Assembly: GCA_963678315.1 (NCBI GenBank)
Contig: OY782781.1
Span: forward strand, 256,001-320,000
Direction of reading: 5' to 3'
From: Candidatus Cloacimonadales bacterium
Lineage (GTDB): Bacteria; Cloacimonadota; Cloacimonadia; Cloacimonadales; JAFGVF01
DNA length: 64,000 nt
The notes below the pieces were generated by a model. The model was not told where the DNA came from. It searched no databases and saw only the letters and a program-made list of their open reading frames with translations. A program made the position numbers and the translations under genes. Of the stretch, positions 19,313-28,578 are shown piece by piece; the stretch's first letter is position 1; the number at the start of each line of letters is the position of its first letter.

Positions 19313-19465
19313 ATAACTGGTTCACAGAAGTGCTAAGATGGAATTCGGTGGAAAACCGAGACAGCCCCCGCTACTGTAAATAGGAACGAAAAAGCAATGA
19401 CCACCCTCATAAGAGGGGAAGGTGCTCAAGTAGGTAGCCTATAAGTCAGGAAACATGCCAGATAT
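19313..19465 (+). ncRNA. Cobalamin riboswitch
   Basis: CTGG..TGCTAA..GGAA.TCGGTG.AAA.CCG..ACAGCCCCCGCTACTGTA...CCAC...GGGAAGG...AAGTCAGGAAACATGCCAG; TTGACA at 19279. Confidence 0.93.
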
Positions 19466-19560
19466 AATAATTATAATATAACTTTCGGGTGGAAGGTTAG
19501 ATTTATTACAAGTGTAATACAATCTATTGTTTTCATTCGGAGAAGTAAGGAGTTTTTACT

Positions 19561-22242
19561 ATGTGTAGTACTTTTCGCTTTTCTGGATTTAAGAAATCCA
19601 AATTATTAATAGTGTTCCTATTATTTGTTGTTAGTTCACTATTCTCATTCACATTTGAGGATGTTGATTTCTGGGCTGGTCAAGGCTCTTCTGAAGCTAT
19701 TCTAGTAGTCGATTGGCAAGACGATCAACCTGCCCTAGTTTGGGGATACAAGTTTACTTATATGACATCTGGAGCAGATATGCTTAATGCTATTGCAGAA
19801 TTAGATGAAAGACTAACTTTTAACGGTTCAAGCTTTGTTAATGATTTAATTTATACTGTCGATGAAGTTCAAGAGCATTCTGGTTTACATGGAGAGCCAA
19901 ATTACTGGAGTTTGCATCAATCAACTGTTGAAGGTGATTCTTTAGATTGGTCACACTTTGGAGGACTGACCTTTACTATCCAAGATGGGCAAGCTTTGGG
20001 CTGTTCTTATGGTACAGAAGATCCTACTAATGATTATAATAATTTTGAAATTGTTTCTGTAGCAACTACAACACCTGACGAACCTAGCTTTGAAGATATA
20101 GAATATTGGGTTGGAGAAGGCGACAACGAAGCCGCTTTAGTAATAGACTGGTTTGATGGCATTGAACCACGTTCTCTAATTTGGGGATATCGTTGGGATG
20201 GAGATGCTAATGGTTTAGATATGATACAAGCAATCGCTAATGCTGACCAGCGTCTTTCAGGTGACTTCGATGCTATGGTTTCTGAAGTTCAATATGATTT
20301 AAATAATGATGGTTCTATTGATGATTCTGACCATGATATGGGAATGAATGATTACCCTACTGGTTACTGGAGCTATTTCTTGAAAGAAGCTTCAACAGAA
20401 GATTGGTCTTATTCTAGCACAGGTATTGCTGGAAGAACTTTAACTGACGGTTGTTGGGATGGATGGGTTTTTGTACAAGATTGGTCAATTACTGAATTCC
20501 CTTATCCAGCTGTTCCAGCTCAAGCTCCTGTAGAAGAACCTGAGTATCCTATTGAATTCTGGGATGTGACTTATAGAATAGGTCAAGGAACAGACTTAGC
20601 TCTTTTTGTTGTTGACTGGAATGACGAGACTGAGACTCCTTCTTTAGCTTGGGGATATTATTTCAATGAAGAAGATAATGTAACAGTTGCCTCCATGATG
20701 AATCAAATTGCAGAAGCTGATGGAAGATTAGATATTGATGTAAACAGTATGCTTAACGAAATCACGTACACTGTTGATGAGACTGTTCAACATACTTCTG
20801 TAGACGGAGGAGATTGGTGGTCAACGTGGACCTGGTCAGAAGATGATGGTTGGGCTATGAATGGTGGAGTTTCTACTAGAGTTTCGACAAGTCACATTTA
20901 TGGTTGTTCTTATGGTTTTACACCAGCTGCTACCCAACCAGATAATCCTATTGCCGTTGATGAATATGTGGATACTAGCACAGGTCCTTCTGCTTGTGGT
21001 GATACATATTACATAAGAAATGATATTGCTTATCAACTACATATATTATACAATGATTATGATAATGGTAATCTTGATGGTCAATCATTAGAAGTTACAA
21101 GCCAACCACAACATGGAACAGTAACTGCTGATGAAGATGGAATTGTTGAATACCTTGCAAATGAAGGCTATGAAGGAAGCGATTCATTCATGTACACTGT
21201 TTGTGACGAGGACGGTCTAGTATCTAATGAAGTTCCTGTAATATTGAATCTTTATCCAGCCTTTACTGGTGGTGCTGATATTGAAGGAAACCTTGCAATT
21301 GTTAATGATTCAGAAGAGATATTAGCTTGGGCAACTGGAATTGAACTTGTAAGAGGTCCTCAATTTATAGCAGATGAAGACTCTCCTCTAGCCTCCTATG
21401 GTTCAGAAGATGATGCCCTTGGCTATGCAGAAGGAAACTCAACAGATGTTGTCTCTCTAGGAGATGGGGGTATTGCTACTTTAAGCTTCGAGACAGCAAT
21501 AGCTGATGGACAAGGTCCAGACTTTGCAGTATTTGAAAATGCTTTCATGGACACAACATTAGAACTAGCTTTTGTGGAAGTATCTTCTAATGGTTATGAT
21601 TGGGTTAGATTCCCAGCAACATCTTATACTCAGAACGAAATCCAGTTAAACAATGATGGCAGTATTGATTGCAAATCAATCAATAATCTTGCAGGTAAAT
21701 ATAGACAAGGCTTTGGCACTCCCTTTGATTTAGCTCAATTAGAAGGTGCATCAGGCTTAGATTTAAATAGTGTGTCTTATGTGAGAGTTATTGATGTTAT
21801 AGGTTCTATTAGTGACACTCATAGTACATTAGATTGTAACGACAATATCATTAATGACCCCTTCCCTACTAACTTCGAATCTTCTGGCTTTGATTTAGAT
21901 GGTGTAGCTGTTCTTAATGATGCTAATTCAGTTGCAATTGCAGCTAGTGATAGTCCGAGTGTTAACACAACAGAATTATTGGGTGCTTATCCAAACCCAT
22001 TTAACCCTGAAACAACAATTAGTTTCAATCTTGCAGATAGTGAGAAGTGTAGCTTAAGAGTCTATAACTTGAAAGGACAGCTTGTTAAAACTTTGGTTAA
22101 AGGACAATTGTCTAAAGGTGCTCATGCAGTAACCTGGAAAGGGCAAGACGAAAGCAACAAGTCAGTTGCTTCAGGCCTTTATTTCTATAAACTAACCACT
22201 GCATCTAAAACTTGTACTAAGAAGATGACACTTCAAAAATAG
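19561..22242 (+). CDS. Secreted multidomain protein under B12 riboswitch control (3 tandem repeats, Ig-like domain, SLGDGG/DFAVFEN domain, FlgD-type CTD)
   Basis: Three D(V/I)x(F/Y)xxGxG...V(V/I)DW...LxWGY repeats; QPQHGTV...YEGSDSFMYTV Ig-like module; YPNPFNPETTI...KKMTLQK. Confidence 0.75.
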   Translation: MCSTFRFSGFKKSKLLIVFLLFVVSSLFSFTFEDVDFWAGQGSSEAILVVDWQDDQPALVWGYKFTYMTSGADMLNAIAELDERLTFNGSSFVNDLIYTVDEVQEHSGLHGEPNYWSLHQSTVEGDSLDWSHFGGLTFTIQDGQALGCSYGTEDPTNDYNNFEIVSVATTTPDEPSFEDIEYWVGEGDNEAALVIDWFDGIEPRSLIWGYRWDGDANGLDMIQAIANADQRLSGDFDAMVSEVQYDLNNDGSIDDSDHDMGMNDYPTGYWSYFLKEASTEDWSYSSTGIAGRTLTDGCWDGWVFVQDWSITEFPYPAVPAQAPVEEPEYPIEFWDVTYRIGQGTDLALFVVDWNDETETPSLAWGYYFNEEDNVTVASMMNQIAEADGRLDIDVNSMLNEITYTVDETVQHTSVDGGDWWSTWTWSEDDGWAMNGGVSTRVSTSHIYGCSYGFTPAATQPDNPIAVDEYVDTSTGPSACGDTYYIRNDIAYQLHILYNDYDNGNLDGQSLEVTSQPQHGTVTADEDGIVEYLANEGYEGSDSFMYTVCDEDGLVSNEVPVILNLYPAFTGGADIEGNLAIVNDSEEILAWATGIELVRGPQFIADEDSPLASYGSEDDALGYAEGNSTDVVSLGDGGIATLSFETAIADGQGPDFAVFENAFMDTTLELAFVEVSSNGYDWVRFPATSYTQNEIQLNNDGSIDCKSINNLAGKYRQGFGTPFDLAQLEGASGLDLNSVSYVRVIDVIGSISDTHSTLDCNDNIINDPFPTNFESSGFDLDGVAVLNDANSVAIAASDSPSVNTTELLGAYPNPFNPETTISFNLADSEKCSLRVYNLKGQLVKTLVKGQLSKGAHAVTWKGQDESNKSVASGLYFYKLTTASKTCTKKMTLQK

Positions 22243-22276
22243 AATTAAGATTCAACAGAATATTATTATAGATAAC

Positions 22277-22308
22277 GAGAGTAGGCAATTTTACCTGCTC
22301 TCTTTTTT
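22277..22308 (+). terminator. Intrinsic terminator
   Basis: GAGAGTAGG-CAATTTTA-CCTGCTCTC plus TTTTTT. Confidence 0.7.
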
Positions 22309-22473
22309 GTTAATTTATAATACTATTAGATGAGTAGAATATTTTTAATTTGTTAAGACATTCATAATTCTTGACAATATTTGTTAAGAATTTAAATTTT
22401 AAAAACACATATTCATTATTGAATTGGTGGGAGTTGAATATTATCTTAGATTTAAGGTAGAAATGGAGTATAT

Positions 22474-23307
22474 GTGAAAACTAAAAAGAATCTCATTAAA
22501 GTTATATTGAGAGCAAGATATAAAAAGAAAATTAGTTCATTTAAGTCTAAAGTAGACTTTGAAATTGATAAGAAGAACTATATCATCAAAACCGCTAGTA
22601 CACCTGAGGAATTGGAACAGGTGTTAACTCTTAGACATCAAGTATTCCTTGAAGAGCTTTTGCATAAGAAAAGAGTGATTGAAGTAGATTTCGATAAGTT
22701 CGATTTGCTATGCGATCATTTGATGATTATTAATAAGGTAGATAATAATCTTATAGGAACCTACAGACTTAACTGCTCTAAGTTCAATAACTGTTTTTAT
22801 TCAGCTACTGAGTTCAATATCAACACAATTCTACAGCTTCCTGGAGATAAAGTAGAGTTAGGTAGAGCTTGTGTTCATCCTGAATATCGTAATGGTATGA
22901 CTATCGCTCTTCTCTGGAAGGGTCTTTCTCAGTATATGAATATTTCAGGCTCTAGGTTCTTCTTTGGTTGTTCAAGTATCAAGAACATGAATTACATGGA
23001 AATCCTTAAAATCTACCAAACGCTTGAAGTTCATGGCCATTTGGTTCACCTACCAGGAGTTAAACCTGTCGGTAAGTTTAAATCAAGAAGTCTTAAGAAA
23101 CTTATAAAATCTAATAATAGTCTTCCTGAAACTAATGAAAAAGAACTAATGTCTGCACTTCCTCCATTATTAAAGAGCTATATCAAAGCTGGGGCTAAGA
23201 TTATTGGACGCCCTGCTTTAGATAAAGATTTTAGATGTTTTGACTTTTTAACCCTGCTTGACTTTATAAATGTCGACCAAAAATATAGAGATAAATACAA
23301 AAAATGA
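22474..23307 (+). CDS. GNAT-family N-acyltransferase (OlsB-like)
   Basis: LRHQVF.EE, D.DKFD..CDHL, GTYRL, FYSATEF, ELGRACVHPEYR, LPPLLKSY. Confidence 0.8.
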   Translation: MKTKKNLIKVILRARYKKKISSFKSKVDFEIDKKNYIIKTASTPEELEQVLTLRHQVFLEELLHKKRVIEVDFDKFDLLCDHLMIINKVDNNLIGTYRLNCSKFNNCFYSATEFNINTILQLPGDKVELGRACVHPEYRNGMTIALLWKGLSQYMNISGSRFFFGCSSIKNMNYMEILKIYQTLEVHGHLVHLPGVKPVGKFKSRSLKKLIKSNNSLPETNEKELMSALPPLLKSYIKAGAKIIGRPALDKDFRCFDFLTLLDFINVDQKYRDKYKK

Positions 23308-24083
23308 TAGTTAATAAAATTATTGGTACCATTTGGTACTTCTTTATGTTCTTCGTAAAAGGATTTGGAATAAACATATTTGTTAGAGATAAGAATAGAA
23401 GGCACTCTTTACACTCTTTAAATACATCACATGCCTGCAATAGATTAACAAGGTTGTTAGGAATAGATATTCATTTAACTAATACTGAAGCATGGGATAA
23501 ACTTAACTTGCATAATTATTTAGTGGTATCTAATCACGTTTCTTATCTTGATATAGCTGTTTTAACTACAATCAACCCTTTCCTATTTATTACTTCTAAC
23601 GAGATGAAGAATACTCCTTTCTTAGGTAAGGTAACTGAGTTAGGTGGAAGTCTTTATACAGACAGAAAGAAGTTCACAGGAATCAAGGGAGAGATTAATA
23701 ACTTTGCTAACTATCTTCGAGATGGCTTCAATGTTGTTCTATTCCCAGAAGCTACCTCTACAGATGGTAAGGAATTAAGAAAGTTCAAGAAGTCGCTTTA
23801 TCAAGTCGCTATTGAGGCTAATAAAGCTATTTTACCAATCTGCATAAAGTACACTCATTGCAACGGTAAACCAATTGATGATACTAATAGAGACAATCTT
23901 TTCTGGTATGGTGACATGGGCTTTTTACCACACTTTTGGAGACTGCTTAATATTAAGAATGCACAAGTTGAAATTACAATACTTGATGAAGTTCAAGTAG
24001 GTCCTGATTCTGATAGAAGAGAACTATGTGATACGACTTATCTAATGATTCATGATAAGTATCACACCTATAAATATCTATAA
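23304..24083 (+). CDS. Lysophospholipid/1-acyl-glycerol-3-phosphate acyltransferase (PlsC/OlsA-like)
   Basis: SNHVSYLD (HX4D), FPEATS; overlaps upstream stop (ATGA). Confidence 0.85.
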   Translation: MIVNKIIGTIWYFFMFFVKGFGINIFVRDKNRRHSLHSLNTSHACNRLTRLLGIDIHLTNTEAWDKLNLHNYLVVSNHVSYLDIAVLTTINPFLFITSNEMKNTPFLGKVTELGGSLYTDRKKFTGIKGEINNFANYLRDGFNVVLFPEATSTDGKELRKFKKSLYQVAIEANKAILPICIKYTHCNGKPIDDTNRDNLFWYGDMGFLPHFWRLLNIKNAQVEITILDEVQVGPDSDRRELCDTTYLMIHDKYHTYKYL

Positions 24084-24182
24084 ACTAAAAATAACATTAT
24101 AAGCTTTATTTAACCACCATTTCTATGGTGGTTTTTGTTTTATCTAAGAATAGTAATTGACAAGTCCAGCAATTCAATCAAT

Positions 24183-24196
24183 ATTGACCAGTCAGT
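24183..24196. promoter_or_regulatory. Candidate TetR autoregulatory operator overlapping promoter
   Basis: TGAC-CA-GTCA dyad just downstream of TTGACA (24158-24163). Confidence 0.4.
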
Positions 24197-24217
24197 TCTA
24201 CAATAGGAGTTAAAATA

Positions 24218-24802
24218 ATGATTGATAAACGTTTACTAATATTAAATTCTTTAGACAGCATAATCAATACTAAGAGATATCATGAAGTAAAGATAGATGA
24301 TATTGCAAAGAAGTGTAAAATAGGAAAAGGTACAGTTTATACATATTTTAAAAGCAAAGAAGAAATGTTCTTTGAGCTTGTAATACACGGCATTGAATCA
24401 CAGATTACTGAAATGGAAAAGATTTATAATTCTGAATTAACAGCAAAACAGAAGCTTGTTAGAGTTGCAGAGAAGTTAAGCATTTACTTCTGCAAAAGAC
24501 ATGGTGCAACTAGAATTATGCACCAGTTAGAACACCGTCAAAAGTTTCTTACAAAGGAAAGAAAGGATAAACTATTATCTACTAGAATTAGAATGAGAAA
24601 AGGCATAGAACAAATCTTAGAAGATTGTATCCAAGAGCAAAGTATAAGCCATAATTATCAGTCTGGACAGCTAGCCCAACTCTTTATTCATACTTTGATT
24701 GGTAGAAGCCATTGGGATAAAGATATTGAAGCTATTCCTGTAGAGGATCTGATAAATATAATTTTCTTTCAAAGCAACCAAAAGGAATATACTTCATTAT
24801 GA
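24218..24802 (+). CDS. TetR/AcrR-family transcriptional regulator
   Basis: IDDIAKKCKIGKGTVYTYFKSKEEMF HTH. Confidence 0.9.
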   Translation: MIDKRLLILNSLDSIINTKRYHEVKIDDIAKKCKIGKGTVYTYFKSKEEMFFELVIHGIESQITEMEKIYNSELTAKQKLVRVAEKLSIYFCKRHGATRIMHQLEHRQKFLTKERKDKLLSTRIRMRKGIEQILEDCIQEQSISHNYQSGQLAQLFIHTLIGRSHWDKDIEAIPVEDLINIIFFQSNQKEYTSL

Positions 24803-26160
24803 GAGACGACTTTATAAATAAGAACCCTTGGAGATTACTACTCAGTTACTCTATTCCAGCAGTAATTTCAACATCAGTTCAAGCTCTTTATAACATTGTA
24901 GATAGAATATATATTGGTAAAGGCTTAGGTTCTGATGCCCTAGCAGGTATTACTTTAACCTTCCCTATTTTCATTCTATCAATAGCCATCGGGGTACTAC
25001 TAGGTAATGGCTCAGCCTCAATAATATCTATTAGATTAGGTCAAGGGAGAAAAGAAGATGCTGAAAGGTCTTTAGGTAACACCTTTGGTTTATATTTCAT
25101 AGGTGGAATCATAATATCAACAATAATGCTTACTTTCTTAAAACCAATTCTTTATCTAGTTGGGGCGACTGAAAATACTTTCCCTTATGCTTTTAATTAT
25201 TTAATATGGTTTTTGCCCTTTATGACTAGTGATTTCTTGGCTATGGGAACTAATGGTTCAATTAGAAGTGAAGGTAATCCTAAACTAGCCATGAAGATAG
25301 CTATTATCGGGACTATCCTAAATATTCTTCTAGACCCAATTTTCTTATTCGTATTTAATATGGGAGTTCAGGGAGTTGCCATTGCAACATCTATTTCTAG
25401 AATTGTAACAATGTTGATGGTTGTTTGGCACTTTACAGAGAGTAAAAGCCGACATCTCACCCTTTATAAAAAGAATCTCTTCCCCCATTGGGCAACAATA
25501 AAACCCATGTTGGCTATTGGATTAAGTCCATTTACAATGAACTTAGCAACAACTTTTGTTGCAGTATTTCTTAATAGGGCTTTACTTGATAATGGCGGAA
25601 GTATAGCTATAGGAGCTCTTGGTGCTATTCAAAGCATATTCGTAATGTTTGAGACTCCTCTTAGGGGTTTAATGATGGGTTCTCAGCCTGTAATTGGCTT
25701 TAATTATGGGGCTAATAAGCACGATAGAGTAATTAAACTGCTTAAGGCATCATACACCTACTCATTAATTATTTCCCTATCAGGTTTAGTAATATCAATA
25801 CTATTTGGTTCGTCCTTAGTTGCTATGTTTAGTAAAGGAGATAAGCAACTTATTGAAATTGGTACATCTGGTCTAAGAATATTCGTCAGTCTTCTACCTT
25901 TAGTAGGAATTCACATGATGTCTGCAATGTATTACCAGGCTATTGGTAAAGCTAAGCAAGCAATATTCTTAAATCTTGCAAGAAAACTAATATTCTTCCT
26001 ACCGGCTTTGATTATCCTTCCAAGATTCTTCGGATTAGATGGTGTTTGGGCAGCAACACCTGTGGCAGATGGAATAGCAGCCTTAATAGCAATTGGAATG
26101 ATATACTTAGAGTTAAAGAGATACAATAGCAGTGACCAACTAGTATTAGAGAGTGCTTAA
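24799..26160 (+). CDS. MATE-family efflux transporter
   Basis: LYNIVDRIYIG, NILLDPIF, MGVQGVAIAT, GVWAATPVAD; about 12 TM. Confidence 0.9.
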   Translation: MRDDFINKNPWRLLLSYSIPAVISTSVQALYNIVDRIYIGKGLGSDALAGITLTFPIFILSIAIGVLLGNGSASIISIRLGQGRKEDAERSLGNTFGLYFIGGIIISTIMLTFLKPILYLVGATENTFPYAFNYLIWFLPFMTSDFLAMGTNGSIRSEGNPKLAMKIAIIGTILNILLDPIFLFVFNMGVQGVAIATSISRIVTMLMVVWHFTESKSRHLTLYKKNLFPHWATIKPMLAIGLSPFTMNLATTFVAVFLNRALLDNGGSIAIGALGAIQSIFVMFETPLRGLMMGSQPVIGFNYGANKHDRVIKLLKASYTYSLIISLSGLVISILFGSSLVAMFSKGDKQLIEIGTSGLRIFVSLLPLVGIHMMSAMYYQAIGKAKQAIFLNLARKLIFFLPALIILPRFFGLDGVWAATPVADGIAALIAIGMIYLELKRYNSSDQLVLESA

Positions 26161-26181
26161 ATCCTCCTACTCATTATAAAT

Positions 26182-26214
26182 AAAGAGAGTGTTAGTATTT
26201 TAACACTCTCTTTT
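26182..26214. terminator. Bidirectional terminator
   Basis: AAAGAGAGTGTTA...TAACACTCTCTTTT between convergent genes. Confidence 0.7.
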
Positions 26215-26253
26215 ATATTAAGACTAATTATCTTTATTTTTTTATTGGATATC

Positions 26254-26871
26254 TTATCTGCAATAAGTATTAACTCTCTCTTCGAAAAGAGTCATTTGAC
26301 TGTGTAGTTTATCCTCTGAATAATCTTCAGGAGCGAATATAATTAACATAGTATTCTTTGTTTCTTTAGTTACAGAAGTTCTAATAGAATCTGTAATAGG
26401 AGAACCATAAGCTCCCTTTTCATCACAGATAACAAACTTATTATCCCAACAGATCTCTCGGTTATTGATAGCTAGATATTTATCCTCTTTGCTACCGATT
26501 TTTATAAGAGTATCTCCAATTATCTTATCTGCATCATAAACACAGATAGGTAGTAAGAATTCTAAAGAACACCAATTTGCCACATCAACTAGATTATTAA
26601 TGTGATACAAATCCTTTTGTTTCATTGCTCTTCTTAACAAGGCTTCAGAAGATGGTCTTCTTTTAGTAGGGTCTATGCCTATTGCACGAAAGAATTTCCT
26701 AGCATTTTGAATATCTGCGATATCTCCAATACTTATTTCTTTATATCTTTCATAGTATTGCTGAGCTAGGTCAACAATTTTCTTATATGCTAGATTAGAA
26801 TCATTAATTTTAACATCTAATATCTTTCTAGCAATAACTTTTATTGGAAGAGATTTATCTAACTTAATCAT
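26254..26871 (-). CDS. B3/4-domain (PheT editing-like) protein
   Basis: GIDPTKRRPSSEALLRR, INNLVDVAN, YDADKI. Confidence 0.8.
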   Translation of the reverse strand: MIKLDKSLPIKVIARKILDVKINDSNLAYKKIVDLAQQYYERYKEISIGDIADIQNARKFFRAIGIDPTKRRPSSEALLRRAMKQKDLYHINNLVDVANWCSLEFLLPICVYDADKIIGDTLIKIGSKEDKYLAINNREICWDNKFVICDEKGAYGSPITDSIRTSVTKETKNTMLIIFAPEDYSEDKLHSQMTLFEERVNTYCR

Positions 26872-28007
26872 GATTGAAATAAACTAGGAAAAAATCGTTC
26901 AGCAGCTAAGAATATATAATGAGAACTTACACCTGCTAAAAATCCACCTATAGTATGTGAGATTAGAGCTTTTGAAGTTAGGTTTCTGTAGCCTAAAGTA
27001 TCTAACATAGCTGTATGAGTGCTTAGATAACCACTCCAACACATACCCATAGAAGTAAATACTGCTATTTCATTGTTATGAACAATACCTTGTTCAATAA
27101 AGGTTGGAACTAATGATAATGAGCCACCAACTGAACCAAGTGCAGTAATAGGAAAAGCAATAGCTTCAGCATGTTCAAAACCAAAGAAAAACTCAAAGAA
27201 CCAGCCAACTTTATTTGCTAAGTAAGGTATTACAGGAACGCCTTCATAAGCTGCTCCAGTATAAGAACCATTTCCATCAAGAGTTAGCATCATAACTGCT
27301 GTTGAAATGATTAAAACTCCAGGAATAACAGCAAGACCCAAATCTACTCCAGCCTTTCCCCCATCTAAGATAGAGTTTAAGAATCGCATTGAAATGTTAC
27401 CTTCAGATTTAAGAACAACTCTTTCTTCTGGTGTAGACTCAATGTTTCTGGGAATTGTATGGAATTCTTTCTTAATCATACTTTGCATCAACCTTGTAGA
27501 AATAATTGACCCAATAATCGCACCAATTAATCCTATAACAGCTGCTGAGAAAAAGCCTTTACCAATCATAAAACTCAATACAATTAAACCCATTCCAAAA
27601 GATGTCCCAAAGTTAGTTAAAGAAATCAACTCATACTTTTTGAAATAAGTGTTAAAGTTCTTATCTTTAGCAAGACTTATTACAGCTGGATTGTCCGAAA
27701 AGAAGGTCATTAATGCACCCAAAGATGCAACACCAGGCAAGTTATATATCGGTCGCATTAAAGGAGCTAATAAACCTTCTAAAAGCCTTACAACACCAAA
27801 TTCAATCATAAGCTGTCCTAAAGCAGACGACAACACTGTAATCGCCATAATATAAAAGACTGTATTAAGCAACAAATCATGAGCAGTATTCATCATTGTA
27901 CTAATCATGTTGTTGGTTCCCATAGCAAAACCTAGAGTACCAAATATTAAAAAAAAGATAACTAAGAAGATTATCGCTTCCAGTCTTCTACTATTAAGGT
28001 ATTTCAC
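26868..28007 (-). CDS. Polytopic membrane protein (nucleoside-recognition/Gate-like)
   Basis: PLMRPIYNLPG, FSDNPA, TNFGTSFGMG, GYLSTHTAM; two hydrophobic halves; GTG start. Confidence 0.6.
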   Translation of the reverse strand: MKYLNSRRLEAIIFLVIFFLIFGTLGFAMGTNNMISTMMNTAHDLLLNTVFYIMAITVLSSALGQLMIEFGVVRLLEGLLAPLMRPIYNLPGVASLGALMTFFSDNPAVISLAKDKNFNTYFKKYELISLTNFGTSFGMGLIVLSFMIGKGFFSAAVIGLIGAIIGSIISTRLMQSMIKKEFHTIPRNIESTPEERVVLKSEGNISMRFLNSILDGGKAGVDLGLAVIPGVLIISTAVMMLTLDGNGSYTGAAYEGVPVIPYLANKVGWFFEFFFGFEHAEAIAFPITALGSVGGSLSLVPTFIEQGIVHNNEIAVFTSMGMCWSGYLSTHTAMLDTLGYRNLTSKALISHTIGGFLAGVSSHYIFLAAERFFPSLFQS

Positions 28008-28248
28008 ATTCTCTCCAAAAATTATTTTTAAAGCAAAAAAAATATATCGTGATTTTTATGTCAAATAAAATAAATAGCTTCTTTTATACAGGCTCTAATT
28101 ATCTAATTGTCAGAAACTTATAGTATTTTTACTTTTAATATCTAAAACCCTAAACATATAAATTTCTAAAGTCTTAAACATCTCAACATCTTAACACTTA
28201 AACATTCTTATCAATTTAATCTAGACGAACGTCCGTTCGACTCTACAG

Positions 28249-28466
28249 TTTGCGTAAGCATGAACCTTGTTCAACCTATCGGTGGATGCTTACACTCCCA
28301 TTTCTGAGACGTTTTTCCAAACGTCTCTACAAATTCACTTATAACTACGTTCTAAGTGAAGCCAACTCGGAGGCTGGCGATCCCAGTATGTCCTAACTAC
28401 TCATTCTAACTCCATCCTTACTGGCCTCCTTGAAAAATCGGCCTTTTTTCAAGGGGACAAGTAAGG
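28249..28466. repeat. Intact composite REP element (A unit, GTAG-REP hairpin, TTCACTTA hairpin, GCCA..TGGCGATCCCAG unit, D hairpin)
   Basis: Colinear with 12811-14718 (minus IS) and 38948-39189; an extra REP hairpin lies at 28222-28247. Confidence 0.85.
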
Positions 28467-28578
28467 CTACCCTATATAACAACACAATAAGGCTGTTTCA
28501 GGATAAAATATTAAGCAATAAAAAAAAGAGCCCAGATTACTCTAGGCTCTATAATTTATACTTAATGAAATAGGGTTA

